Below, in pieces: positions 53,321-62,489 of a DNA stretch of 64,000 nucleotides. The stretch is from a virus. The notes beneath the pieces are model-generated. The model worked only from the letters and a program-made list of their open reading frames with translations. It ran no database searches and had not been told where the DNA came from. Numbering within the stretch: position 1 is the stretch's first letter; each line of letters opens with the position of its first letter. The DNA lies in the IMG/VR virus record IMGVR_UViG_3300009093_000036, positions 96,001 to 160,000 of that record. The stretch is one strand, 5' to 3'. A program made the translations under genes and the position numbers.

Positions 53321-54157
53321 TCAGGTCTTGAAGCGGACCGTCAGAGGCTTCGACGATTGTGCCTCGGACAGGTCGTTTTGGGGAAGGGCGGGCGCTTCTT
53401 TCGACAGCACCGGCGAAACCGGACGAGTCGGGACCTTCACCGGCTCCTCCGATAGCACCGTCGTTCCCACCAGGGCGCGACGAGGACGAAGCTTCTGACG
53501 AGGCCCTGTTGCCGTCGCAACAGTCACCACTTCACGAAGCACCGGCTTGTTCAACGGGCTCGCCACCGTCATGTGCTGAAGGTAGACAGGCATGTTGATG
53601 CTGACGCAGATCCAGTTCTCCTCAGAGTCTGGGCCCGAGATCAAAGATCCGGCTGGCGTCGGTGGGGCCAGCGATGGACGCTGACCCAAGTACAAGATGA
53701 AGGTGTTCCCGCGCATGAGCTCGTTGCGCAGGTTCCAGATGTTCTCGGTGACGAACCAAGCCAGCTCCTCCGCCTCGAACTTGTTCCGAGACAAGACGTT
53801 GATGCTGCTGGTCGTGGGGATCATGTCCATCTTGACGTGAGCCCCCGTCTTCACATCGACGTAGGCTTGATCACCAAGACCGACTCCGTGGAAGGCCGCA
53901 GGGCCTCGACCGACGGTGATGGCTGGACGATTCGCGACGATCTCGGGATCGACCGGATTCTCCGTACCGATCCAGATCTCGGAACCCTCTTGGTCTTGCG
54001 ATGTCCCCGAGCTCTGCATCCAGTGGTAGGCGCCCGGAGGACACTGAGCGAACAGACCGCGGACGAACCCCACCACAACCCGCTGGAGAGCTACCAGCGG
54101 ACTGCTCGTCTCATCCGAGGGCTGCCCCTCGGGAGTCTGTGCACCCATGATCGTCAT
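53321..54157 (-). CDS. putative tail terminator/completion protein
   Basis: Position upstream of the sheath; RPAITVGRG, NVLSR...EAEELAWFV. Confidence 0.55.
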   Translation of the reverse strand: MTIMGAQTPEGQPSDETSSPLVALQRVVVGFVRGLFAQCPPGAYHWMQSSGTSQDQEGSEIWIGTENPVDPEIVANRPAITVGRGPAAFHGVGLGDQAYVDVKTGAHVKMDMIPTTSSINVLSRNKFEAEELAWFVTENIWNLRNELMRGNTFILYLGQRPSLAPPTPAGSLISGPDSEENWICVSINMPVYLQHMTVASPLNKPVLREVVTVATATGPRQKLRPRRALVGTTVLSEEPVKVPTRPVSPVLSKEAPALPQNDLSEAQSSKPLTVRFKT

Positions 54158-54672
54158 CGGAAGATCTTGTACCGGCTGTCCTCACGCCAGGGGTCCTGAC
54201 GACGTGCCTGGATCATCGGAGTCGGAGCTCCGCCCAGCTTCGGCGGAGGAGAGTTCACCGGAGTCTGAGGCTCCTGCTCGCGCTCAGCCGTCATCGTGCC
54301 ACCAGCTTCGCGGTCCACCTTCTTGTCGTTCAGTGAAGCAGTGTCACGACGCTCCTTCATCTTGTTCCGCTGAACGGACAGCAGGTACGTGCCGAGACCG
54401 CCGGTTGCGGCAACAGCCGCCGGCAACATCCTCTTGAGCCCCTCCTGTGAAGAGGGGGTGTTGAAGATCTTGGGCGCCAGGTACTCCGCCCCAGTGCGTC
54501 CGAGAGCGTAGCCCCCGGCAGTGCCGAGGACAGCGAGGGGCAAGTCCTTCAGGACCTGCTTCCACTTCGCCTTGTCCATCTCCTCGTACGTGTGCGGTGA
54601 AGACCCGTAGCCCTCGGTGCTGAGCTTCATGAGCTCCGCGTGCATCGCACGCAGCGAGAGCGGGGTCGTCAT
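54154..54672 (-). CDS. virion-module protein with hydrophobic Gly/Ala helices
   Basis: MTTPLSLRAMHAELMKLS; LAVLGTAGGYALG. Confidence 0.65.
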   Translation of the reverse strand: MTTPLSLRAMHAELMKLSTEGYGSSPHTYEEMDKAKWKQVLKDLPLAVLGTAGGYALGRTGAEYLAPKIFNTPSSQEGLKRMLPAAVAATGGLGTYLLSVQRNKMKERRDTASLNDKKVDREAGGTMTAEREQEPQTPVNSPPPKLGGAPTPMIQARRQDPWREDSRYKIFR

Positions 54673-54673
54673 C

Positions 54674-54994
54674 TCAGTACCTCCGCCCGCCGCCGGTGAG
54701 GGCCGAGCCCGCAGCGAGAGCTCCTGCGCCGGCGAGACCGCCGCCCACGAGCTTCGAGAGGTTGGCACCCCCACCGACAGCCTGGCCAGCACGGAGGAGA
54801 CCCCCGCTGACAGCCTGACCGATCGCCGGCGACGCCCGACCGGCAAGCGTCGTCGCGCCCGTGAGTGCCTTCGATCCGAGCTGCCCGAGCATGTTGCCCA
54901 CGGGAGCCAGGTTGATGGCGGTCTTGATGTGAGCGAGCTCGTCGCCCATGGCCGCCAGAACGGCGCCGTCGAAGGTGGATGCCTGCTTCTTCAT
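54674..54994 (-). CDS. small glycine-zipper-like virion-module protein
   Basis: MKKQAS...AAMGDELAHIKTA; LVGGGLAGAGALAAG. Confidence 0.7.
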   Translation of the reverse strand: MKKQASTFDGAVLAAMGDELAHIKTAINLAPVGNMLGQLGSKALTGATTLAGRASPAIGQAVSGGLLRAGQAVGGGANLSKLVGGGLAGAGALAAGSALTGGGRRY

Positions 54995-55001
54995 CGTGTC
55001 C

Positions 55002-55913
55002 TCAGCTCTCGTTCGGGTCGTAGGGCGTGGTGCCGTAGTACGCGAACACGTTCGGCGTCTTCTCGTCGACCGTGTTGTTGAAGTTGTGCGGGTTCGTGTA
55101 CATGCGACCCGGACTTGCTTGGATGTCCTTCAGTGGCGACTGAAGATTGAGTGGCAACTTGTATTCTACGTCGGTCGGCATGATTGCGCGAAGCGTGAGC
55201 TCCTGCTTGATCGGGGCTCGAAGGCGCTCCGATGTCACGACATTCACGACTCGCCAGCGCTGGTTCTCCAGCTCGGTGAGGACGTCCCCTACCTTCACCA
55301 CGGGGTAGAAGGTGAGACGACCCGTCGTCATCTGGTCCTGGTTCTTCTGCAACGACTGGAGCTGAACGGCCTTGCCCACCGGGTCGATCTGCGCCCACAC
55401 CTCGATCGGGTTGAGGTAGCCACGCACGAAGCTGGTGTCGTAGCAAGAGATGCAGTTCGAGCGCTTCTTCGCCGAGAGCTTGGAGTCCCAGCAGTTCTTG
55501 CAGCGCATCCCGAAGGTGCGTCGCGGGAACAGCCAGCACATGCGGCCGATGACCTGTGTGAAGGCGGTCTGCTCCAGACGACGAATCGCCGAAGCGATGA
55601 GGTCAGGTTCCGCTTCCTGGATGACCGGGCCGAAGATCGCGGTCTCGTTGCTCGCCTTGTGACGAACACGAAGTTGGTACCAGAACTGCCGGAACTTGTA
55701 CGACGTCGGGACACGACGGTCGACGAAGATGAAGCGGTCCTCGAACTCCTCGGTGATCGGATCGAAGGGACCTTCGCCGCTCTCGGAGCGGAACACCTGG
55801 AAGGTGTAGTCCAGCACCTCGACGTCGGTGACACTCGTCTCCCACGTCACTTCCTGGACCGCGATGTCCAGAGACCGCACACGAAGCCGATCGATTTTCA
55901 GCGCGACAGGCAT
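55002..55913 (-). CDS. putative neck/head-closure protein (FN3-like N-terminus, Zn finger)
   Basis: RRTFGMRCKNCWD...NCISCYDTSFVRGY; VKVGDVL.E..N.RWRV. Confidence 0.65.
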   Translation of the reverse strand: MPVALKIDRLRVRSLDIAVQEVTWETSVTDVEVLDYTFQVFRSESGEGPFDPITEEFEDRFIFVDRRVPTSYKFRQFWYQLRVRHKASNETAIFGPVIQEAEPDLIASAIRRLEQTAFTQVIGRMCWLFPRRTFGMRCKNCWDSKLSAKKRSNCISCYDTSFVRGYLNPIEVWAQIDPVGKAVQLQSLQKNQDQMTTGRLTFYPVVKVGDVLTELENQRWRVVNVVTSERLRAPIKQELTLRAIMPTDVEYKLPLNLQSPLKDIQASPGRMYTNPHNFNNTVDEKTPNVFAYYGTTPYDPNES

Positions 55914-56812
55914 CAGCGAGAAGATCCCACGGCAGCGCCCATCTGTCGTGCGTCATACCGGGCCTTCTGCACTGCGGACTCCCCGGCCTTTGCCAGGCGC
56001 TTGGCTGCCGAGCTCTGGCGAAGCGCTTCGAGGGTCTCCGTGACGCTCTTCGGCGTCAGCGTGTTCGGCGGGTTGAACGCCGCCGTCTTCTTGGGGAGCA
56101 GCCCCGCTTGCTGGGCGAGCTGTTCGAGGAGCTCGGGAACGGTGACTCCGTTCACCTTGAGCTTCTTGGTCTTCTTCACCGGATCGGCAGCACCGAACAC
56201 GTTGGGCGTGCCGTAGCCGACCTCGTTCCGGGGCTGGTTCTTCATCCGCCCCATCGAGACTTCGACTTCCTTCGGCAAGGACTGCGAGTACTCACGCTCG
56301 ATCGCAGCAGCCAGCTTGCCGAACGGCATCTGGGAGAGGTGATCGAGGACGCTTGCACTTCCGATGACCGGAGCTCCGTGCTGGACGGCGCCCTGGATGA
56401 CCTTCTGTGGGCCGAGCTGCTGAGCAGCATGCTGGAGCACTGACCCTTGAGAGAACGCCATCGTGGGCGTCTTCTTGGCGACGACTCCTGCCACCTGCGA
56501 GGCCGCAGCTTGGGCCTTCTGAGCGGAGAGCGTCAGCGCATGCTGAGCGGCCTGCGTCCCTGCCGACGACCCCAAGTTCTTGTAGTAGCCGGCGAGCTCG
56601 GCGACTGCGGCACGACGAGCAGGATCGACACCCTGCTGTGCGATGCGAGCAGCCTGGTTGACGTGCTTGCCGACCTGACCCGCTTCGAGCCCGATGGTGC
56701 TCATCAGGTTCGACTTCTTGACCTTGCCGAGGGCAGTCCACGGCGCACGCCGTACGTGAGGACGTACGGCCACCGCGGCTGCCTTCGTGATGAGGTCGAG
56801 GTCGAACATCAC
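55913..56812 (-). CDS. Ala-rich virion-module protein
   Basis: 299 aa; KAAA/KLAA/KTAA motifs. Confidence 0.7.
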   Translation of the reverse strand: MMFDLDLITKAAAVAVRPHVRRAPWTALGKVKKSNLMSTIGLEAGQVGKHVNQAARIAQQGVDPARRAAVAELAGYYKNLGSSAGTQAAQHALTLSAQKAQAAASQVAGVVAKKTPTMAFSQGSVLQHAAQQLGPQKVIQGAVQHGAPVIGSASVLDHLSQMPFGKLAAAIEREYSQSLPKEVEVSMGRMKNQPRNEVGYGTPNVFGAADPVKKTKKLKVNGVTVPELLEQLAQQAGLLPKKTAAFNPPNTLTPKSVTETLEALRQSSAAKRLAKAGESAVQKARYDARQMGAAVGSSR

Positions 56813-57750
56813 TTCCTCAGCGAGGACTGGATGAGCTCGGCGAGGCTGGCGGTCTTCCCGTCCTGCACCTGCCGAAGGGCACGACCACCCTCGACTGCGA
56901 TCGGAGCGCCGTACGCGGCACCGATCATCGAGCCGATGCCACGAGCGAAGCCGGGGTCGTGCATCTTGAGCACCTTCGCGGCGCCGTGTCCGACGAGAGC
57001 ACCCATCGCGGCACCGCCGCCGGCACCCGCGGCGCCCATGAGAGCGCCCTGGCCACCGTCAGCCAGCGAACCACCGAGACCGCCACCGATCGCGGAGCCG
57101 ATCATCGACTTGGGGGTGAAGTCCAGCGAGTGACCGAAGCCGGGGGAGCCGAGGAAGTGACCGGCGGTCGCGCCGATGCTCGCCCTGTCGAAGCGCTTCT
57201 TCTGATCCGTCTGCTCCTTGGTCTTCTCCTTGGCCGCGAACTTCGTGATGAGCGAAGCGAGCTTGCCAGCGGCCGGCTCCTGCACCGGAGCACCGCCCGC
57301 AGCGCCGCCACCGATCTCCGCACCGAGCTGACCGCCGGCTGCGGGATCGGGGGTACCGATCACGGCCTGCCCCGGAGGAGTCGGCTGACCGACACCCATC
57401 ACCTTCATCTTGTGAAGCTGGATGGTGAGCCCGAGCTTCTGGAGACGCATCGCCTCGCGCTCGTCGCACTCCTTCGAGTAGTCGTACATCGGCTGCTGAG
57501 CAGACCGAGCCATGCGCTCCTGGAGATGGCGCTGCTCCATCGCGAGCTCCTGCTCGCAGAGAGCGATCGCCTGCGGAGCGAGGGGCGAGCCATCGAAGGC
57601 TTGGAGGAACTTCTCGTCCATGGCGCCCTCGTGGAAGGCACGCTTGAACGCGAAGCGGTCGTACGCGTTCGGTTCGACCACCTCGATCGGAGTGGCCGAG
57701 GCCGTCTTCGCGCCGAAGGTGCTGATCAAGAATGCGTTGAGCTCGTCCAT
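56809..57750 (-). CDS. glycine-zipper virion-module protein
   Basis: MDELNAF...KTAS; IGSAIGGGLGG...GAAGAGGGAAMGALVG. Confidence 0.7.
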   Translation of the reverse strand: MDELNAFLISTFGAKTASATPIEVVEPNAYDRFAFKRAFHEGAMDEKFLQAFDGSPLAPQAIALCEQELAMEQRHLQERMARSAQQPMYDYSKECDEREAMRLQKLGLTIQLHKMKVMGVGQPTPPGQAVIGTPDPAAGGQLGAEIGGGAAGGAPVQEPAAGKLASLITKFAAKEKTKEQTDQKKRFDRASIGATAGHFLGSPGFGHSLDFTPKSMIGSAIGGGLGGSLADGGQGALMGAAGAGGGAAMGALVGHGAAKVLKMHDPGFARGIGSMIGAAYGAPIAVEGGRALRQVQDGKTASLAELIQSSLRK

Positions 57751-57760
57751 GGTTGCTCCT

Positions 57761-60289
57761 TCAGTATTGCGACGGATCGTTGGGGGAAGCGGTGAGCGCC
57801 TTCGTACCGAGGATGCCGGTACCGAGGCCAGCGACGAACGCCGGCAGGTGCTCGCGAAGATGCGGGCCGAGAGCCTGAACACCGCGATGTGCAGAGGCGA
57901 CGCCGTGGTTGACGGCGGCGTTCACCGCAGCTTCGACAGTGTCGCCGGCACGATGCGAGCTCGTCTTCGCACGACGGATCCCCTCGGCCACGGACTCCGC
58001 CATGTCGGACTTGCGCTGAGCGCGATCGTGCATGCCCTTGGCGGCGAGGAGGCCTCCGCCGGCGAGAGCCGCGGCGCCCGCGTTCGGAGCGTGCTTCGCA
58101 AAAGCCTCGGTCGCCGCCTCGCCCATGCCGTGAGCGATGCTGCGTCCGGTCGCACGACCCACGGAGTCGACGACTCCCGCGCTCTTGTCGCGGTTCGCCA
58201 TCGCACCGCCGGCGAGAGCGAGGCCACCAGCCGCCGCACCCGCCGCCGGCAGGTACGGACGAGCCTTCTGGATGAGAGCTCCGAGGCCGCTCGCAGCAGG
58301 CGCAGCAGCCGCACCGACGGCGCCACGCACACCACGCTTGCCCACGATCGTCGCGACGTCGACCGAGGTTTTCACCGTGACGTGCGTGCCGGGCTTGCCG
58401 CCCTTGTCGTCGCCCTTGGCCTCACCACCGCCGGAGTCACCCGACGGCTGCTGTTCCTGGCCTCCTGCGGCCTGCTCCTGACCCCCCGGTGCAGAACCCT
58501 GGGAATCCTGCCCCGGGGTTCCTTCTTGACCGGGAGCGACGCCCGTCTGTGCAGCGAGCTCGGCCTCCGCCTGCTGCTGCGGAGTGGCCGGCATCCCCTG
58601 AGCGGCGAGGTCGCTGACCGTGGCTGCGGACTCGGCGACCGGGTCCTGCATCACGAAGTTGGCGAGCTCCTGACGCATCTGATTGACGCGCATGCCGAGC
58701 TGCATCTTCTGGATGGAGTGATCCGCCGCACGGCCTTCCGCTTCCGCGGCCTGCTGCGTCGCCATCATCGCCTGCTGCGAGTCCATCTGGGACTGCTGCG
58801 TGAGCTGCTCGACCTGCTGCTGGGCCTGCATGAGCTGCTGCTGGGCAGCCTGGGCTTCCGCCTGCGCCTGCTGAGCTGCCTGCGAGGCCTGCATCGCGAC
58901 GGTCTTGGCGTGCGAAGCCTCGGCCATCGCCTGCGCCGCACCGAGCTGCTGCTCACGCTCGATGTACGCCTCGGGGGAGTCGGCGTTCGGCATCACCATA
59001 TCCGACTTCTTCTCCTGCTCCTTGTGCTTCTTGAAGAAGTCGGTGCCGTTCGACAGCACGGCACCTCCGACGTAGGCCGCGGACTTCGCCTTCTCGATGA
59101 GGTCGACCAGCGACACCGGAGCCTCGACCGGCTTGACCGAGACGTCCTTCGGCGACTTCGTGTTGGGCGACGTCTTCTGGACGTCCGGCTTCTCGGAGCG
59201 CAGAGCCGCGGGCGACAGAGGCGTCAGCTCCACACGGACCTGGTCCTTGTGGTGGATGACGTCCATGTCCTTGTTGAGGTCGGCGATGCGCTTCTGGAGG
59301 AAGCCCTTCATCGCCGCCTTCTTCTCGTGCTCGGCGTGGATGCCGGGGAACTTCTTCTCCACGGCGGCACGCACCTTCGCCTTCTCGTCGGAGGTGCCGT
59401 GCATGCCCACCATCCCGAGAGCAGCGAGAGCGTGATCCTTGTCATGGATGGGGTACTTGCGTTCCGCGGGGAACACGAAGTTGCTGTCCTTGATCTCGGA
59501 CCGGGCGCCGGCGGTGAGGTCGGCGGCCTTCTTGTCCTTCTCCTTGCCGGAGTAGGAGGGGTCCATGCCGGCACGACGGAGCTGCTCGTACGTCGCGACC
59601 GCAGCGGCCTTCGGCTGCTCGGGCGTCGTCTCGACCTGCACCTTCGTCGACGCCGGCTGCGCCTGAGCGGGCTGCTCGGTCTCGGCCGGAGCTTCGGCCG
59701 TGGGCATGGCAGGCAGAGCCGTGGGCTCGACGAGCTGCCAGAGCTCGTCCTGGTGCTCCTCCTCGCGCTGGAGGAACTGCTCGATCGTGAACTTCATGGG
59801 CGTGTCGCCGCAGATGCTGTGGAGCTGCTTCCACAGCGTGAGCCCCATCTGCTCGACGACGATCATCGCCTGCACGATCTCGTTCGGATCGTGAAGCGGC
59901 TCCGGCGGCGGGTACGGCGGGATCGAGACACCACCGGGCGACAGCACGCTCATGCGGCGCAGCAGGTAGTCGGCATGCTCCAGCTCGTGGCTGGCGTGCT
60001 CCATGAACTCCTCCGCGATCCCCTCGTGCGAGAGACCACGCATCATGTTCGCGTAGTAGACGTAGTACGTCTGCGTCTTGAACTCGTTCGAGACCATCTG
60101 CGCGATGAGCTCGACGGCCTGCGGAAGCGGAACGAGGAACGGGCCCTCGACCTCGCCGCCAGGTGCCGGCATCTCGCCCTCTGCCATCTTCCGGATCCCG
60201 GCGATGAACAGCGAGCCGTCGACGAGCCCGATGGGGTTCGTCGGCTTGAAGGACATGATCAGGGTCTTGTCGAGGTCCATGATGCTCAC
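57761..60289 (-). CDS. modular head-region protein: bacterioferritin-like domain + DUF6582-like + Gln-rich coiled coil + Gly/Ala helices
   Basis: E69, E102xxH105, E146, E176xxH179; LTAGARSEIKDSNFVFPAERKYPIHDKDHA. Confidence 0.8.
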   Translation of the reverse strand: MSIMDLDKTLIMSFKPTNPIGLVDGSLFIAGIRKMAEGEMPAPGGEVEGPFLVPLPQAVELIAQMVSNEFKTQTYYVYYANMMRGLSHEGIAEEFMEHASHELEHADYLLRRMSVLSPGGVSIPPYPPPEPLHDPNEIVQAMIVVEQMGLTLWKQLHSICGDTPMKFTIEQFLQREEEHQDELWQLVEPTALPAMPTAEAPAETEQPAQAQPASTKVQVETTPEQPKAAAVATYEQLRRAGMDPSYSGKEKDKKAADLTAGARSEIKDSNFVFPAERKYPIHDKDHALAALGMVGMHGTSDEKAKVRAAVEKKFPGIHAEHEKKAAMKGFLQKRIADLNKDMDVIHHKDQVRVELTPLSPAALRSEKPDVQKTSPNTKSPKDVSVKPVEAPVSLVDLIEKAKSAAYVGGAVLSNGTDFFKKHKEQEKKSDMVMPNADSPEAYIEREQQLGAAQAMAEASHAKTVAMQASQAAQQAQAEAQAAQQQLMQAQQQVEQLTQQSQMDSQQAMMATQQAAEAEGRAADHSIQKMQLGMRVNQMRQELANFVMQDPVAESAATVSDLAAQGMPATPQQQAEAELAAQTGVAPGQEGTPGQDSQGSAPGGQEQAAGGQEQQPSGDSGGGEAKGDDKGGKPGTHVTVKTSVDVATIVGKRGVRGAVGAAAAPAASGLGALIQKARPYLPAAGAAAGGLALAGGAMANRDKSAGVVDSVGRATGRSIAHGMGEAATEAFAKHAPNAGAAALAGGGLLAAKGMHDRAQRKSDMAESVAEGIRRAKTSSHRAGDTVEAAVNAAVNHGVASAHRGVQALGPHLREHLPAFVAGLGTGILGTKALTASPNDPSQY

Positions 60290-60765
60290 CCCTGGATGAA
60301 GGCGACGTACTGACGGCTGAGAGGCTCGATGAGGATCTCGATGATGTCGGTCGGGTTGGTGGGCGACTGCGTCAGCTTTGGGTCCGCCGTCGTCGTCGAG
60401 AACCCGAAGTACGAGTTGGCCGTCCCCGTTTCGAGCAGAACGACGGGTGTCGTGTCGTTCCAGAGAACGAGGACCTGCCCACCGTTGTCGTCGGACTTCA
60501 TGAGATGGGCGACCACGGAACCCACCGCAGCGTTGATCTCTGAGACGATGTGGTGGAGATCGAGGTTGGCGGAGAACGTGACCGTCCCCGCCGGAGTAGC
60601 GAAGTTCAGGGTGAGGCCGCCGACCGGGTGCTTGTAGAGGTCACCCGTCACAGCGAGCGGACCTTGGTCACGCCCCACCGAGAGGTTCGTCTTGCTGGAC
60701 ACCAGCCCGTTCAGGAGACGGGAGAGCTGCTCCGGATCCTTGGCCTTGATGAAAGAGATCGTCAT
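60286..60765 (-). CDS. structural protein with one sheath-insertion-like repeat
   Basis: GGLTL...IVSEINAAVGSVVA...LVL. Confidence 0.65.
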   Translation of the reverse strand: MTISFIKAKDPEQLSRLLNGLVSSKTNLSVGRDQGPLAVTGDLYKHPVGGLTLNFATPAGTVTFSANLDLHHIVSEINAAVGSVVAHLMKSDDNGGQVLVLWNDTTPVVLLETGTANSYFGFSTTTADPKLTQSPTNPTDIIEILIEPLSRQYVAFIQG

Positions 60766-60792
60766 GAGGTCATCCTCTCACGGAAGGGGCTG

Positions 60793-61302
60793 TCACCAGA
60801 ACCCGAGGGCGTAGAGCCCGAAGTAGTCGGAGTGGACTCCGCTCGGACCAAGGTCGAGGAGTTGTTCGATGTTCAGCGCGGTCTTCACCTGGCGCTTGTT
60901 CTGCTCGTACCCGGCTTGGAAGAGCTGGAGCATGGACTGGATGATCGGAGCCTTGTCGTTGATCGCCACCGACATGCCGCCATCCGAGAACGGCAAGTAG
61001 TTGCGGGCGTGGAGGATCATCACGCTCTGTAGAAGCGTGATGACCGTCCCACGGACCATCAGGTTCTGGAGGCTCCTCGATGCGAGCTCGTTCAGGGCGT
61101 ACCCGGTGAAGGGCGGCGTCCCGTTGAAGTCGGACAGGAAGTCCTGCGTCGCCCAGACGATCATGCGATCCGAGCTCTCCTCCCCACGGATGAGGAGGTT
61201 GAGCTCGGCGAAGTCGCGCATGAAGAGCCGGACCGACTCGATGTGACCTCGAAGCACCGATCGCGGATCGAAAGGCTGTCCGAGTCCCTGAACGAACGGC
61301 AT
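60793..61302 (-). CDS. putative head-tail adaptor
   Basis: VRLFMRD..E.N.LI.GEESSD..I..A....LSDFNGTPP; position after the capsid genes. Confidence 0.6.
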   Translation of the reverse strand: MPFVQGLGQPFDPRSVLRGHIESVRLFMRDFAELNLLIRGEESSDRMIVWATQDFLSDFNGTPPFTGYALNELASRSLQNLMVRGTVITLLQSVMILHARNYLPFSDGGMSVAINDKAPIIQSMLQLFQAGYEQNKRQVKTALNIEQLLDLGPSGVHSDYFGLYALGFW

Positions 61303-62384
61303 CAGTTACCTCCCAGCCACGCCTCCAGCGCCGAGATGAGGTTCGCCTTGCTGACCTGGTCGGGCATCTTGGCGCCCGACGTGGTGATGAGCTCCTTGAG
61401 CTTCGGGTTGGAGAGGCCACGCCAGCCCTCGGGCAGCGTGCGGCCCGTGGACGGCTTCGCCTCGGCGACGTCGTCACTCTTCGCTTCCTCGACCTTCGCT
61501 TCCTCGACCTTCGTCTCTTCGACGACGGGTGTGGTCTCCTCGGGCTTCGAGAAGTCCATCTGCTCGGGGCTCGTCTTCGACGGGATGCCGGCTTCGGCCT
61601 CGACGTGCGGGGGAGCATCGGCATCCGACGGGGGCGGAGCGTCGTCGTGCGGAGGCTCGTTGGTCTCCTCGACCTTCGGAGCTTCCTGCGTCTCCTCGAC
61701 GACCGGCTTCTTCGCATCTTCGGCCTTCTGGGCTTCGATGCGAGCTGCCTCTTCGTCGGCCTTCTGCTTCTCCAGCTCGGCCTGAGCACGAGCCTGCTCT
61801 TCCTCTTGCGCCTTGACGGCTTCGCGAGCTGCCTTCACCACCAGCTCCTCGGCCTCGATGTCGGCCTTCACCTTGGCGAGGGCTTCCGAGAGGACGAGAT
61901 CCGTTGCGCTCGTGTCGAGCCCGAGCTGGGCGACGCGGGGCGAGTAGTCCATGAGGTGATGAACGCGGGTCTCGATGCTCGGCAGATCCGAGTCCGTCGA
62001 CGAGAGCGAGCGAGAGACGAACGCCTCCCAGACCTCTTGTGTCGGACGCTCGGTGCGCATCAGCTCCATGAGCTGAGCGAGCGGCATCGTGGTGTAGTCC
62101 GGGGCGTCGGGGGTGCCGACGAGCGCCGCGAACGCTTCGTTGATCTCCACGACCGTGTAGACGTTGTCGTCTCCACTGCGGAGCTGGAGGATCCCCTGCG
62201 AGATCTTGTGGAGCAGCTCGTCCTTGTGGGGCGCGAGCCGCGGGAACTCGACGGGCACGCTGCGAGCGGGACGCACCGTCCACGGCCCGAGGCGGAACAC
62301 CATCTGGCGGGGCTTGGCGGCATGCCGGAGCGTCCTCGTTTCCGAGTCGCGACCCGAGCCGTACAGATACACGATCTTGTCCAT
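61302..62384 (-). CDS. protein with acidic Pro/Glu linker and C-terminal SAP/HeH-like motif
   Basis: WRGLSNPKLKELITTSGAKMPDQVSKANLISAL; directly downstream of the capsid gene. Confidence 0.7.
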   Translation of the reverse strand: MDKIVYLYGSGRDSETRTLRHAAKPRQMVFRLGPWTVRPARSVPVEFPRLAPHKDELLHKISQGILQLRSGDDNVYTVVEINEAFAALVGTPDAPDYTTMPLAQLMELMRTERPTQEVWEAFVSRSLSSTDSDLPSIETRVHHLMDYSPRVAQLGLDTSATDLVLSEALAKVKADIEAEELVVKAAREAVKAQEEEQARAQAELEKQKADEEAARIEAQKAEDAKKPVVEETQEAPKVEETNEPPHDDAPPPSDADAPPHVEAEAGIPSKTSPEQMDFSKPEETTPVVEETKVEEAKVEEAKSDDVAEAKPSTGRTLPEGWRGLSNPKLKELITTSGAKMPDQVSKANLISALEAWLGGN

Positions 62385-62489
62385 GTCTCTCCTCGTTCGT
62401 TTTCAGGTTCATCAACACAATGGGCCGGAAGGCCGTCTCCAGCCAACCGGCCCATCGTAGCTGGTCCCAGCCCGAGCCGGGCTCCTCGA

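Noticed and set aside
57512-60313. Very long + strand ORFs (e.g. 57512-60313, 6608-8896, 8683-10230, 24925-25809, 61605-62981)
   Set aside because: Antisense shadows of real minus-strand genes, expected at high GC3; no motifs or RBS
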